Source: Macrostomum lignano
Taxonomy: Eukaryota
Assembly: GCA_002269645.1 (NCBI GenBank)
Contig: NIVC01001483.1
Span: 62,001 to 126,000 of the forward strand
Reading direction: 5' to 3'
DNA: 64,000 nt
The translations under genes were made by a program, and so were the position numbers. Positions 49,401 through 60,121 of the stretch are shown here, piece after piece. Positions within the stretch are counted from its first letter, which is position 1; each line of letters begins with the position of its first letter. The notes under the pieces were generated by a model that was not told the DNA's origin, did no database searches, and worked only from the letters and a program-made list of their open reading frames with translations.

Positions 49401-52400
49401 AGGCTAAAAAGCTCATTGTCCTTGGCTGGTTCATCCTCCTCCTCGATTCCTGCACACTCTCGCATTGACAACTTTCCTTTAATGGAGCCAGATGCCATCC
49501 TTCCATGTGAGCTAGCTTGCTTGTTAAGCTTACATGCAGCTTCAAAATGGTTCATTTTCCCACATTTTCGAAATTTTGCTCCAAACGCAGGGCATGCCTT
49601 TGGCGGGTGCCTCTTCATACAGAAATTGCAAGCCTTGCTGAATGTGCGTCCTTGAGCTTGGGCCCTGTTTTGTTGTCGTACTTTGCCCTTAGTCGCACTG
49701 ACTGTTTCCACCTTTCCATTAGCGCTTAAGGCACTCTTGCTTACTTGCTCTTGCGCCGTGGCAGTCTCCACCGCCAGCTCCAGGGTCAGCGGGTCTTTGA
49801 TAAGCAGCTCTTTCACCACTGACTCACTGCGCAGTCCTGCCACGAATCTGTCTCGCAAAGCTTCTTGTAGGAAATCTCCGAATTGACATCGGTCTGCTTG
49901 AGCACGTAACCTGTTCTCAAAATCTGCCGCTGATTCGTATTCATCTTGCTTCAGTAAGTTAAACTTGTAGCGCTCAGCTACAACCAGTTTCTTCTGCGGC
50001 ACGACATGCTTCTCAATTTCATCCTTCAATTCCTTGAAGGTCTTGTTCTCTGGCTTCGCCGGAGCGACCAGGTTCCGCAGCTTGTCGTAGGCAGTTTCCC
50101 CCATGAGGCTTATGAAGAAGTCGGTCTTGGGCGAAAACCCTTCCTCCTTCTCATCCTTCACGCCGGATCTCCTGCAGACGGCTTCAAACCGCTCGATCCA
50201 GACCTCGAATTTGTCCTCTGTCCAGGGAAGCTCCCGCAGGTTCTCTCGAGACAGCGACGCCGTTGTTATGTTTTCTTTTACACCGAAGAAAGACGGAAGA
50301 TAGTGTTTGAGCGTTTGCGAGCTTATGCCACTCGAGAGCATAGCCGTTTCAGAATCTTAATATATTTCTTTGGCTCGCGAGCCGTCTCAAGCATTTAATA
50401 CTGTACCGAGTATCTAGAGTTTCAACCCTAGACACTTTAGAAGCAGAAAGCAAACGAGGCCGAAGTCTATAAGAAGTCAGAAGTCACGTCACAACACGTC
50501 ACGTTATTTACATTCATTGATTGTATGCCGGCATTGGTTTATTTGCTTGTTAAAACTGCTTTAAATATGATGGCTTATGGCTCAATATTTTTAGAGTAGG
50601 TGACGAATTAGAATTCACACAGGCCACTTGTGCTGTCAATTAATGAAAAACTAAATAATTTGTTGGAGCTCTAGTACCATTGAATGTAGCGGAAACAAAA
50701 AAGATATACGAAAACAAAAACTTGGAGTGGAGGTTATGTATTTGTGCAATGAACAAGCCAATAAGGGGGTAGGAAGGCAAGTACATTCGTAAGCCGTAAG
50801 CCTCTGCTACTTTCTGGTCTATTTACAAAGCTAGTTGGTATTTGGATGCTGAGCGTCATAAGCCTGGCGTTTGAGCGTCAATCAAATACCTGCAGCAGTT
50901 TTCAAAGATATATGTTGCAAAGTGCCATTCAGCCTACTTGATTTTTTACGATGAGAGTAGCTAGGGTAGAATCACGCTAGGGCGTGATTTAACACACTGT
51001 TTATATTCTGTGGGCTGAGAACGACGTTAAAAGGAAATTGAAAAAAACATCCTTTTAGCTGTTTTTGTTTTTCCTCCGCGGAATTTCCTCTGTGAAATCT
51101 TCCCTGTGGAATTCTCAGTAAAATCCCTTAGTTTTAAATCCCATTCAGCATAGTCCAAATGTACTTTGCAATGAAATGCAATGCAATGAAAGCAACAAAA
51201 TTCCACGTAATTGAGCCCTCTTCTCTCAGCACTATTCCCTTCAGGATCATTCCCCATCAGCGTAATTGCCCCTTCGCATCATTCCCCACTCAGCATCATT
51301 TCCTCTTAGCAGCATCCCCTATTAGCACAATTCAGTGGCCATTCACATAATTCCCACAGAGTATTCCAAGTCCAGCTCACTTTAATATCAGTGATTCATG
51401 CAAGATAATTTAATAATTAACGAAAGCTTTTTGTTTAACTTATGTAGGAATCGTATTCTGGTGGCTGCCGAAAATGGTGAATTCGATGTGGTAAGGAATT
51501 TGGTGCAGACAGTCACTAATCAAACAGAAAGAGATGAGTGCTGCATCAAGGCTGCCAAATGTGCTGCAAGCAATGGTCAGTTGAAAGTCGTCAAGTTCTT
51601 CATCTCGTGTCTCTCAAGTCCGGATCGGAGAGTGAATCTCCGTTTCCAATGCGCAGTCGCGGCTTGCTCTCGTCTTCACGAAGATGTCGTTGTCTTCCTC
51701 GGCCTCGAGCCCGACTGGCTCTTCCAATCCAGCACCATCCTCAGCTTCACTGCAGCAATGGCCATCGAAGGCAGCAACTCCGTTCTCACCGACACCCTCT
51801 CTCGAATGCAGCCAGCTCGCATCACACAGCTGCTCCGTCTCTCCATCTCACAAAGACACGTCGCTCTTGCTGTCACACTGATCAATGATGAGCGAGTCAG
51901 CACAGAGCATGTCGATCGGCCAGACAGCACAGGAGCCACTGCTCTCATGCTGGCAGCTGATGCAGGTCATCACGAACTCATTGAGAAACTCATCGATCTC
52001 GGTGCGTCAGTGCGTGCTGAAGACAGTCAGGGTCGGACTGCTCTGTCACGAGCGTGCGAAGCCGGTCACGTGCGAGCAGTCAGGGCTCTGATGGACAGAG
52101 GAGCGGATGCGAGTCATCGAGACGGTCGGGGTCTGTCGTGTGTGCAGGTGGCACAGCTATTCAAGCAGCGGCAGGTGCTGAGGCTGCTGGATCGCAGTGG
52201 AGCGAGGTGAGTGAGGCAATAATTTTTCATCCACTTTAGAATGAATGCGTGAAGTTCAAAACACTTCAGCCGTTAATTTTTATGTAAAAACTTAGATAAA
52301 GCGTCTCCGATACACCAAATGATTTTTTTATTCACGCATTGCAGAAGCCCAGAGGCCCGGCAGGCATCCACTCATCGCTTGGATTGGGGCCTCCATCGGT

Positions 52401-55400
52401 GAGTCTGACCGGTTCAGCTTTTGCTGCCGCATTGCGCCTTCCAACAGGCTGCATGGCAGCTTGGGGCAGAAATTGCGGCGAAACTCAGCAAGGTTGAGAT
52501 TGGGTTGGACTGAGCGCTGCAGCAGCTGCACTCTCAACTCTCCTGCTTTTTCTGTCCGAGCAAATCACCCACACGCATCTCGGATCATTCCAGGTTCTCA
52601 GACGACTCTCAGCAAGACAGGTTCCTGAGCGAGGAGCTGCATCGACTGCTCAGCAATGCGGGATTCACCGAGCAGAGAGCAAGGTGTCAGCAGAGACTGG
52701 CTGACTGGCTGCAAGGAGTCGCTGGAGTTCTCACACAGGATGGCAATCGCAGGCAGATGACGGGCAGCTACGCAGAGGGCTGGGCCAACAATCTGGTGCA
52801 AGTGAACGGCAGGACAGCTGCAGACTCGGATATTGACTGGACTGTGCTGGTTGCTGGGCAGCAGTTCCATCTGGCAGGTGGCTGCGACAGACATTGGGAA
52901 CCATGCAGAGACGCCATTCTGCTGCAGGTTAAGGAAGGCCATGCACAGGTGGCAGTGGGAGCAGGTGAGTGAGGCTGGGTTCATCATCAGAATGACATAT
53001 TCTGTGGAATGCGCTGAAATCCATCGATTTCCTACTTTTTTTGCATTCCTATCATCAAGCTAGTACTAGTAGTGCAAGCCAAAAGCTTGATACTGAGAAA
53101 TAGTCTGCGAATTTTTTCGCTCTATTGTTTTTTTCATCTTCAAGCGAAACAATAAAAACCCACATCTTTATAGACAGTGTTTTTATTATTTATTTTAATT
53201 TGTTTTCCTATTTAAATACTTTTTCTGTTTTTAGTTCGTGTTAGGTACTAGACACTCAAATATTCGCTGAGAAGCCGGTAATTTTATATCCAGTGCTTTT
53301 AACTGGCCCTTAAGCGACTCAGAAATAATATTTATCCTATATAATCAGGAGAATATCAGCAGTTTGAAACCCATTCATCTGCTCTGCAGGCAGCCAACCT
53401 GCAGTGACAGCCACGGCGTGCGGTGTGCGGCCTGCACAGGACACGTGCCATGCGATCGAGTGCTGCAGCAGTTTCTGTGAGGACAGAGTTAGAAAACTGC
53501 TTGGACACAGCTTCAATAAAGTTCACCTCATTCGGGCGACCAGACCGAGCTCGACCAACGAGCTCAGAGTGAGCTTCAGCTTCCAAGAGAAACACATCAT
53601 GAGAGACCTGAGCACAGTCCAGGGCCAGCTGTTCACACTCATCAAGTTCATCTTCAAGAGACACTTGCCGCTCACTCTGGACACACCTGGACTCAAGACC
53701 TACCATGCAAAGACTCTGCTCTTCACAATGCTGGAGAAGCATGGCGCAGATCCTAAAACTAAGGCTTGGCAGCCCCACAATCTGATCGCTCTGCTCAAGG
53801 AGTCTCTCGACATGATGCTGAGCTTCATCGACTCAAGCAGCTCGCCCGATGAGTGCATGCCGCACTTCTTCATTCCCGACGCTCCGCTCTACTTCAAGAA
53901 CGCTGGAATCGGCGGCGACTTCGACAACACGAAGGCGAGGGTTCGAGACCGACTTTGTGAGCTGAGAAGCGACATCGGCGGAGTGGTTGAGCAGCTGAGG
54001 AGACTCGTGAGACCTCTGCAGTCAGTGAAATTCTACTTTCACCCGTTCACTCTGCTGCCTCTGACAGCGCCGCCTGCTGTCACGGAGATCAGGAAACAAA
54101 GTGAATATCCAGAATTTTATTACAATTTCGCAGACGTGTACAGTGTGGTGCATCAGTGTGTGAGCGAGCTGCAGTCGGAATCGAGCGACAGAGACACCCT
54201 GATGAGGCAGCTCAGTCTCCTGCATAAGCTGCAATGGTGCAAGTGCGCCGCCCTGTGCATGACCGCCATGGCGCATTTGAAGTTCGGAGAATCTGAGAAG
54301 GCTGAGAGACTCGCGATGGAGCTGCAGAGACATCAGGTTGAGTCAGGGTTGAAGCCACAGGATATCCGAGACGAGAGTAATAAGATAAAACTGTCAGCAG
54401 ACTCAGACTGGGCGTGGAGGTTCTGCCTCCCCTGCGACTCTCCGCCTCGCTTCCCATTCCTTCCCGAGTTCACGCAGACTCTGTTCACAGCCAGACTGTC
54501 GCAGCTTCTCTCCTCCCACCTGTACGTGAACTTCCGCTGCCTGAGCTGGAGTCTCCAAGCTGAGCTGCTCCGCAATCGCGCACCTGCAATCGCATTCGAT
54601 CATTGGATTGAACAGCTGCTTGGAGACCCGGACTTGGAGGAGCTGCTCGCTCTGGCTCACTACAGCGACTGCCGCAAGCACGTGGAGCTCAGCCTGCAGC
54701 AGATGGAGATGATCGAGAAAGAGAGACGCGTAGCCATGGAGACGCAGGACGAGGAGAAGATCGGCTGGCTGAGGCAGAAGCTGGAGAGACTTAATGATGC
54801 AGAAGTTAGAGTAGCCAAAACACAAGCTGACGTCAATCTTCGACGAAACTCTGGCGAGTCACCTCTCTACATTGCATCTGAGCAGGAGATCCTGGAAGCC
54901 GTTATGTTCGAAAATGAAGCAAAAATTTCACGATACCTGCAGACGCCTTCTAACGTTGATAGGCTCCTCAGCATCAATGAGATTACTTTCTCACCGCTTC
55001 ACTTTGCGTGTGAAATGGGAAAAGAAAAAATTGTCGAAATGTTCGCTCTAGCACAAGCTGACGTCAATCTTCAAACAATCGATGGCTGCTCACCTCTCAA
55101 CATTGCATCAAGGATGGGTCACCACCAAGTTGTGAGCTCACTCATCAAAGCACAAGCTGACGTCAATCTTCAACGAAACGATGGCTCCTCACCTCTCTTC
55201 ATTGCATCATGGAAGGGTCACCACCAAGTTGTGAGCTTACTCATCAAAGCACAAGCTGACGTCAATCTTCAACGAAACACTGGCGAGTCACCTCTCCACA
55301 TTGCATCACATTTTGGTCACCACCAAGTTGTGAGCTCACTCATTAAAGCACAAGCTGACGTCAATCTTCAACGAAACACTGGCGAGTCACCTCTCTACAT

Positions 55401-58400
55401 TGCATCACATTTTGGTCACCACCAAGTTGTGAGCTCACTCATTAAAGCACAAGCTGACGTCAATCTTCAACGATACGATGGCTGCTCACCTCTCTACATT
55501 GCATCACAGAGGGGTCATCACCAAGTTGTGAGCTCACTAATCAAAGAACAAGCTGACGTCAATCGTCAACGAAACACTGGCGAGTCACCTCTCTACATTG
55601 CATCACATTTTGGTCACCACCAAGTTGTGAGCTCACTCATTAAAGCACAAGCTGACGTCAATCTTCAACGAAACACTGGCGAGTCACCTCTCTACATTGC
55701 ATCACATTTTGGTCACCACCAATTTGTGAGCTCACTCATTAAAGCACAAGCTGACGTCAATCTTCAACGAAACACTGGCGAGTCACCTCTCTACATTGCA
55801 TCACATTTTGGTCACCACCAAGTTGTGAGCTCACTCATTAAAGCACAAGCTGACGTCAATCTTCAACGATACGATGGCTGCTCACCTCTCTACATTGCAT
55901 CACAGAGGGGTCATCACCAAGTTGTGAGCTCACTAATCAAAGAACAAGCTGACGTCAATCGTCAACGAAACACTGGCGAGTCACCTCTCTACATTGCATC
56001 ACATTTTGGTCACCACCAAGTTGTGAGCTCACTCATTAAAGCACAAGCTGACGTCAATCTTCAACGAAACACTGGCGAGTCACCTCTCTACATTGCATCA
56101 CATTTTGGTCACCACCAAGTTGTGAGCTCACTCATTAAAGCACAAGCTGACGTCAATCTTCAACGATACGATGGCTGCTCACCTCTCTACATTGCATCAC
56201 AGAGGGGTCACCACCAAGTTGTGAGCTCACTCATCAAAGCAAAAGCTGACGTCAATCTTCAACAAGTCGATGGCTGCTCACCTCTCTACATTGCATCACA
56301 TTCTGGTCACCACCAAGTTGTGAGCTCACTCATTAAAGCACTAGCTGACGCGAATGGTGTACATATTGATAGTCAAGAAGTGGCTAAAAGTAAATTCGCT
56401 GTGAAAGAGCCAACGAAACAGTTAGATTTTGGGTAAGATTCATTTTTTAATTTTTTTTGTTCTAAATAACTTTTTCGAATAGTTTTTTACGGGTCCGATG
56501 AAGATAAGGTAATTGTGCAAGCAAGCGGTCGTGAGAGGCAGTGTTGGCAAACAGCATGCAAACAGCGGAAAGCGAGAGCTTGCTGAATTCTGAGTCAAGA
56601 TGGATTTAACATGGCTGATATCACAGGCTAGTATATCTGCTCACAGGGTTTATCCGTGACTCAGAAGTAAATGCAATGTGAATGTGGAGTTCAGGACCCC
56701 ATCTGCCGCCATCCCCATAATTGGCATCGTCAGCAAATCAGGTTTCTTTTTGATTTACTCGGACCGCTCAGACCCGTTCGACCAATAAAGTTGCCTCGTA
56801 AGCCTGCCACTCTACAGACGCTTTACCGGGCAGTCACGAAAATTGGACCATTTTCAGGAACAAACCATGCACATATTTTCTCTGGACACTGGGCTCACCC
56901 TATGGACTCACCACCGGCCTGACCCACCCCACCTCCCGCCTCCTCCACTCCACACACAGGTCTCTGAATCTAAAGTATCAAATCCTCATCGCTGAATCAA
57001 CTCTTTTCCCACCTGCCAACCATATCACAGACACTCTGCATGGACACTCTGTATGGGCAGTCATGGAAATTGCACACATTTTCTCTAAACTAAACTAAAC
57101 TAAACTAAACTAAAGAACTAATTAAAGGATCAACTGCCTGCAAAATGATCAGCAAAATCAATTCATGCACTGTACGGGAGAGCTTCCCTGTGCTACACAA
57201 ATTAGTCAATTAACCCGTGTAGACCTGCAAGTTTTTCACAAACAATTCACATTTTAGATGCAGTCCCAGCGACTCAGAGCTGAGCCATCAGCTGCACTCA
57301 GCACTGGAGCAGTCAGGCTTCACCGAATCCCGAGCCGCATTGCAGAGCGCGGCTGCCGATGTTTTGCAGCAGATTCTAAGAAGTCGACTGAACTACGATA
57401 ACTTTTTTGTCATTGGCAGCTACTCAGAAGGCTGGGGAAACAGCCTGACGACACTGGATGGCAGAACTGACTCCAATTCCGACATTGATGTGATGTGTTT
57501 GATTCCCGGTCGAGAATACCACCAGAGAGGCCTGTGCGAGTGCGATGGCGCTCCGGAGCAGCACGAGTTGGTGAACGGGCACATTCAGATTTCAGGATTC
57601 GGTGAGCTCTCTCTTGGGGAGTGAGATGGTGTTAGTTCTGTTAGTGATTTCTATAGATTCTGGTAGTGCAGGCATTCCCGTTTTGTGTCCCACCTGTGTA
57701 AATTATTACTGGGAAACTCATGGCATTGTGCGTAGCTACGAGCTCGCATAAAATCGCTAAAAAATATCTACGACCCAAACAAGAACCTGACTGTTTTCTT
57801 TCAGTCTGGATTGATTTTGTACACATGCATGTGCATTTGAAATTTATTTAACCTGCGGGGCTATACCCACAGAATGAAAGTCTGTATTGGCTAGCTATAC
57901 CCACAGAATGAAAGTCTGTATTGGCTAGCTATACCCACAGAATGAAAGTCTGTATTGGCTAGCTATACCCACAGAATGAAAGTCTGTATTGGCTAGCTAT
58001 ACCCACAGAATGAAAGTCTGTATTGGCTAGCTATACCCACAGAATGAAAGTCTGTATTGGCTAGCTATACCCACAGAATGAAAGTCTGTATTGGCTAGCT
58101 ATACCCACAGAATGAAAGTCTGTATTGGCTAGCTATACCCACAGAATGAAAGTCTGTATTGGCTAGCTATACCCACAGAATGAAAGTCTGTATTGGCTAG
58201 CTATACCCACAGAATGAAAGTCTGTATTGGCTAGCTATACCCACAGAATGAAAGTCTGTATTGGCTAGCTATACCCACAGAATGAAAGTCTGTATTGGCT
58301 AGCTATACCCACAGAATGAAAGTCTGTATTGGCTAGCTATACCCACAGAATGAAAGTCTGTATTGGCTAGCTATACCCACAGAATGAAAGTCTGTATTGG

Positions 58401-60121
58401 CTAGCTATACCCACAGAATGAAAGTCTGTATTGGCTAGCTATACCCACAGAATGAAAGTCTGTATTGGCTAGCTATACCCACAGAATGAAAGTCTGTATT
58501 GGCAACTTGCATTTATTATATGTATCTCATTGAGTAGTTCATATATGCTCGTAGTATAGGTATAACAATATTCGAATTTTCTTCTCTCACAATCATCAGT
58601 CCAAAGCATCAACTGCACAGACTCTAAGCTGCATATTGCCCAATCGGGAACCGAATCGTTTTTACAGCCTCCAACCCTGCTGCTGCGAGACCCGGATGCA
58701 CACTGAGGCCAGCGATGGACAATGTCTCCGCATGCCGTCTCTGCCGCTACCCGCCCATCGCGCCGCTGCTACCATACCGCGTCTCGAACATCCCTCATTC
58801 GGTGCTGGAGGCTCTCCGGAAGGTTCTCACCTCCGCCTCATCGCCCTGCCACGTGGTGCACGCAGCCTCTCCTGACCGAGGGGGCAAAGAGCTCCGCGTG
58901 AGCACCAGCTTCCTGGAGAACCGGATGCTGCGAAGTCTCTCTACCCTGCAAGGTCAACTGTTCGTCACACTCAAATACCTGGTCAAGAAGGTCATCTGTC
59001 ACAAGAATGGCTTCAATCAGCAAGGCTTGAAGTCCTACCACGTGAAAACCATCACCTTCCGAATGGTGAACGAGACGCCGGTCGAGCAGTGGAAGACGGA
59101 GAACCTCGTGAGTCTCACGAGACAGTCGCTGCAGATGCTGCTCGACTGTGTGGAGAAGAGCCGAGAGCAGGACAGACAAACACCTGACACACCTGACCGA
59201 TCTCGGGGTCGCATCATGAACCATTTCTTTCTCAGCGATGCGGCCATCTACCTCAAGGGTGCGGACAAGGAGAGAGCGGACCAGCATTTGGACGGCATCA
59301 TGAGCACACTGAGAACAGTAATCGATCGGCTGCCCCAACTGCTGCAGCAGTTCATCGGCAGTCTCAGACCTGTGAGCGACTCAGGCACATTCTACTTCCA
59401 CCCGTTCCAAATCCTGCCGGATCTGAGGCCGATGCCCCTCACGAAGTCCAGTACTCTCGAGTACTATCAGATCTACGACGTGGTGAGAGAGTGTCTGGTG
59501 CGTCTCTCTTGCAGTGACTGCAGCCAGCGATCTCAGGAGTCGCTCACAGAGCTGATTGCCAGACTGCCAGACTGCGCCCTCTCAGCACGGGAGGCTCTCA
59601 GAGCGCTGGCTTGCCTGAAGTTCGGCTACCGAGGAACTGCAGAGAGAGTCGTGAGCTTGTACTCAGGTCACTCGGTGAGCAGAGGCATCGCTTGGTCTCG
59701 TGAGAAGTCGGCGACTGAAGCGACTATGGAGTTCGTGATGCGGCATCTGAGCAGCCGCAACTCAGCGTGGAAGTTCTGCTTTGAGTTTGACCAGCGACCG
59801 AAACTCGAGTTCTTGACAAGAGCTCTGAGGGAGTGCTTTCCCCTCCGGTTGTCAAGCATATATGACCATTTATACATGAACTTTGATGCTCTGCTGTGGG
59901 CTCTGCGGCTCGAGCTGCGGACTGATGGAGAAGCGCGCACTCAGGACTGGATCCGGGATGTGGCTGAGAGAGAGGACTCGGATGAGCAGGAGCTGCTGGT
60001 TGCCGCTTTTTATTCTTCGAATCCAGAGCAGCTTCAGGAAATGATGAATAAGCTGAAGATGATGGGAGCATATTCTCTTGATTGGCTGAAGGCGGGAATT
60101 CAGGAAAAATGGTGCTTTTAA
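43225..60121 (+). CDS. Predicted 10-exon gene, copy B: ANK-like / kinase / kinase / ANK / cGLR / ANK array / cGLR (~2,646 aa)
   Basis: Exons 43225-43499, 43796-44168, 44264-44733, 45101-45458, 45781-46274, 51448-52206, 52594-52964, 53390-56432, 57258-57601 and 58668-60121 sum to 7,941 nt and join in frame. The 46274-51448 junction is the least certain. Confidence 0.6.
43796..44733 (+). CDS. Kinase domain 1 of copy B (two exons)
   Basis: GRGASG, CATK, AEKNL, HRD, DFG, APE; phase-0 intron 44169-44263. Confidence 0.9.
44981..45022. mobile_element. 42-bp hairpin micro-MITE with 8-bp TSD
   Basis: 16-bp arms CACAGATACTAGAACA / TGTTCTAGTATCTGTG; GTTTGCCT on both flanks. Confidence 0.75.
45101..46274 (+). 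CDS. Kinase domain 2 of copy B (two exons, GC-AG intron)
   Basis: GRGGFG, CATK, AERNL, HRD, DFG, APE; intron 45459-45780 begins CAG|GCAAG. Confidence 0.88.
46300..46532 (-). repeat. 3' LTR
   Basis: Direct repeat of 50264-50496. Confidence 0.93.
46533..46546 (-). promoter_or_regulatory. Polypurine tract
   Basis: Minus strand GAAAGGAAGAGGGA abuts the 3' LTR. Confidence 0.8.
46545..50341 (-). CDS. Gag-Pol polyprotein, with a frameshift near 46765 before the C-terminal tail
   Basis: Zn knuckle CNFCMKRHPPKAC, protease VDSGA, RT LDLKDAY/FIDD, RNase H TDAS, integrase HHCC + DL/TDNG/AE. The tail ...RYPQRTRRPPERY is in another frame. Confidence 0.9.
50264..50496 (-). repeat. 5' LTR
   Basis: Direct repeat of 46300-46532; followed by a PBS-like ACGGCGTCGC. 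Confidence 0.93.
51448..52206 (+). CDS. Ankyrin-repeat exon
   Basis: AAENGEFDVV, GATALMLAADAGH and GRTALSRACEAGH; acceptor TGTAG|G, donor AG|GTGAGT. Confidence 0.85.
52594..54790 (+). CDS. cGAS-like/Mab-21 nucleotidyltransferase domain 1 (two exons)
   Basis: GSYAEG...DSDID, ELRVSFSFQE and KTYHAKTLLF motifs; phase-1 intron 52965-53389. Confidence 0.8.
54820..56360 (+). repeat. Coding ankyrin array: 13 near-identical 99-nt units plus 1-2 degenerate units
   Basis: 33-aa unit RNTGESPLYIASHFGHHQVVSSLIKAQADVNLQ and variants. Confidence 0.95.
57258..60121 (+). CDS. cGAS-like/Mab-21 nucleotidyltransferase domain 2 (two exons)
   Basis: GSYSEG...NSDID, MDNVSA, ELRVSTSFLE and KSYHVKT motifs; phase-1 intron 57602-58667 at the same position as in domain 1. 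Confidence 0.8.
57860..58503. repeat. 34-nt tandem repeat, ~19 apparently identical copies, intronic
   Basis: Unit GCTATACCCACAGAATGAAAGTCTGTATTGGCTA; no spacers. Confidence 0.95.

Larger units (their letters stand above)
46300..50496 (-). mobile_element. Ty3/Gypsy LTR retrotransposon (4,197 bp)
   Basis: 233-bp TG...CA LTRs at 46300-46532 and 50264-50496 appear identical; PPT next to the 3' LTR; gag-PR-RT-RH-IN order. Confidence 0.93.

Noticed and set aside
47115-50398. Plus-strand ORFs opposite the Gypsy pol
   Set aside because: Antisense shadows of a long coding frame.
51398-51447. ATG 51398 as the start of a stand-alone ankyrin gene
   Set aside because: The segment reads as a T-rich acceptor ending TGTAG, in the phase needed to join the kinase-2 donor. 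It is kept only as the alternative model.
57860-58503. CRISPR array
   Set aside because: Repeats are contiguous with no unique spacers, there are no cas genes and the context is eukaryotic.
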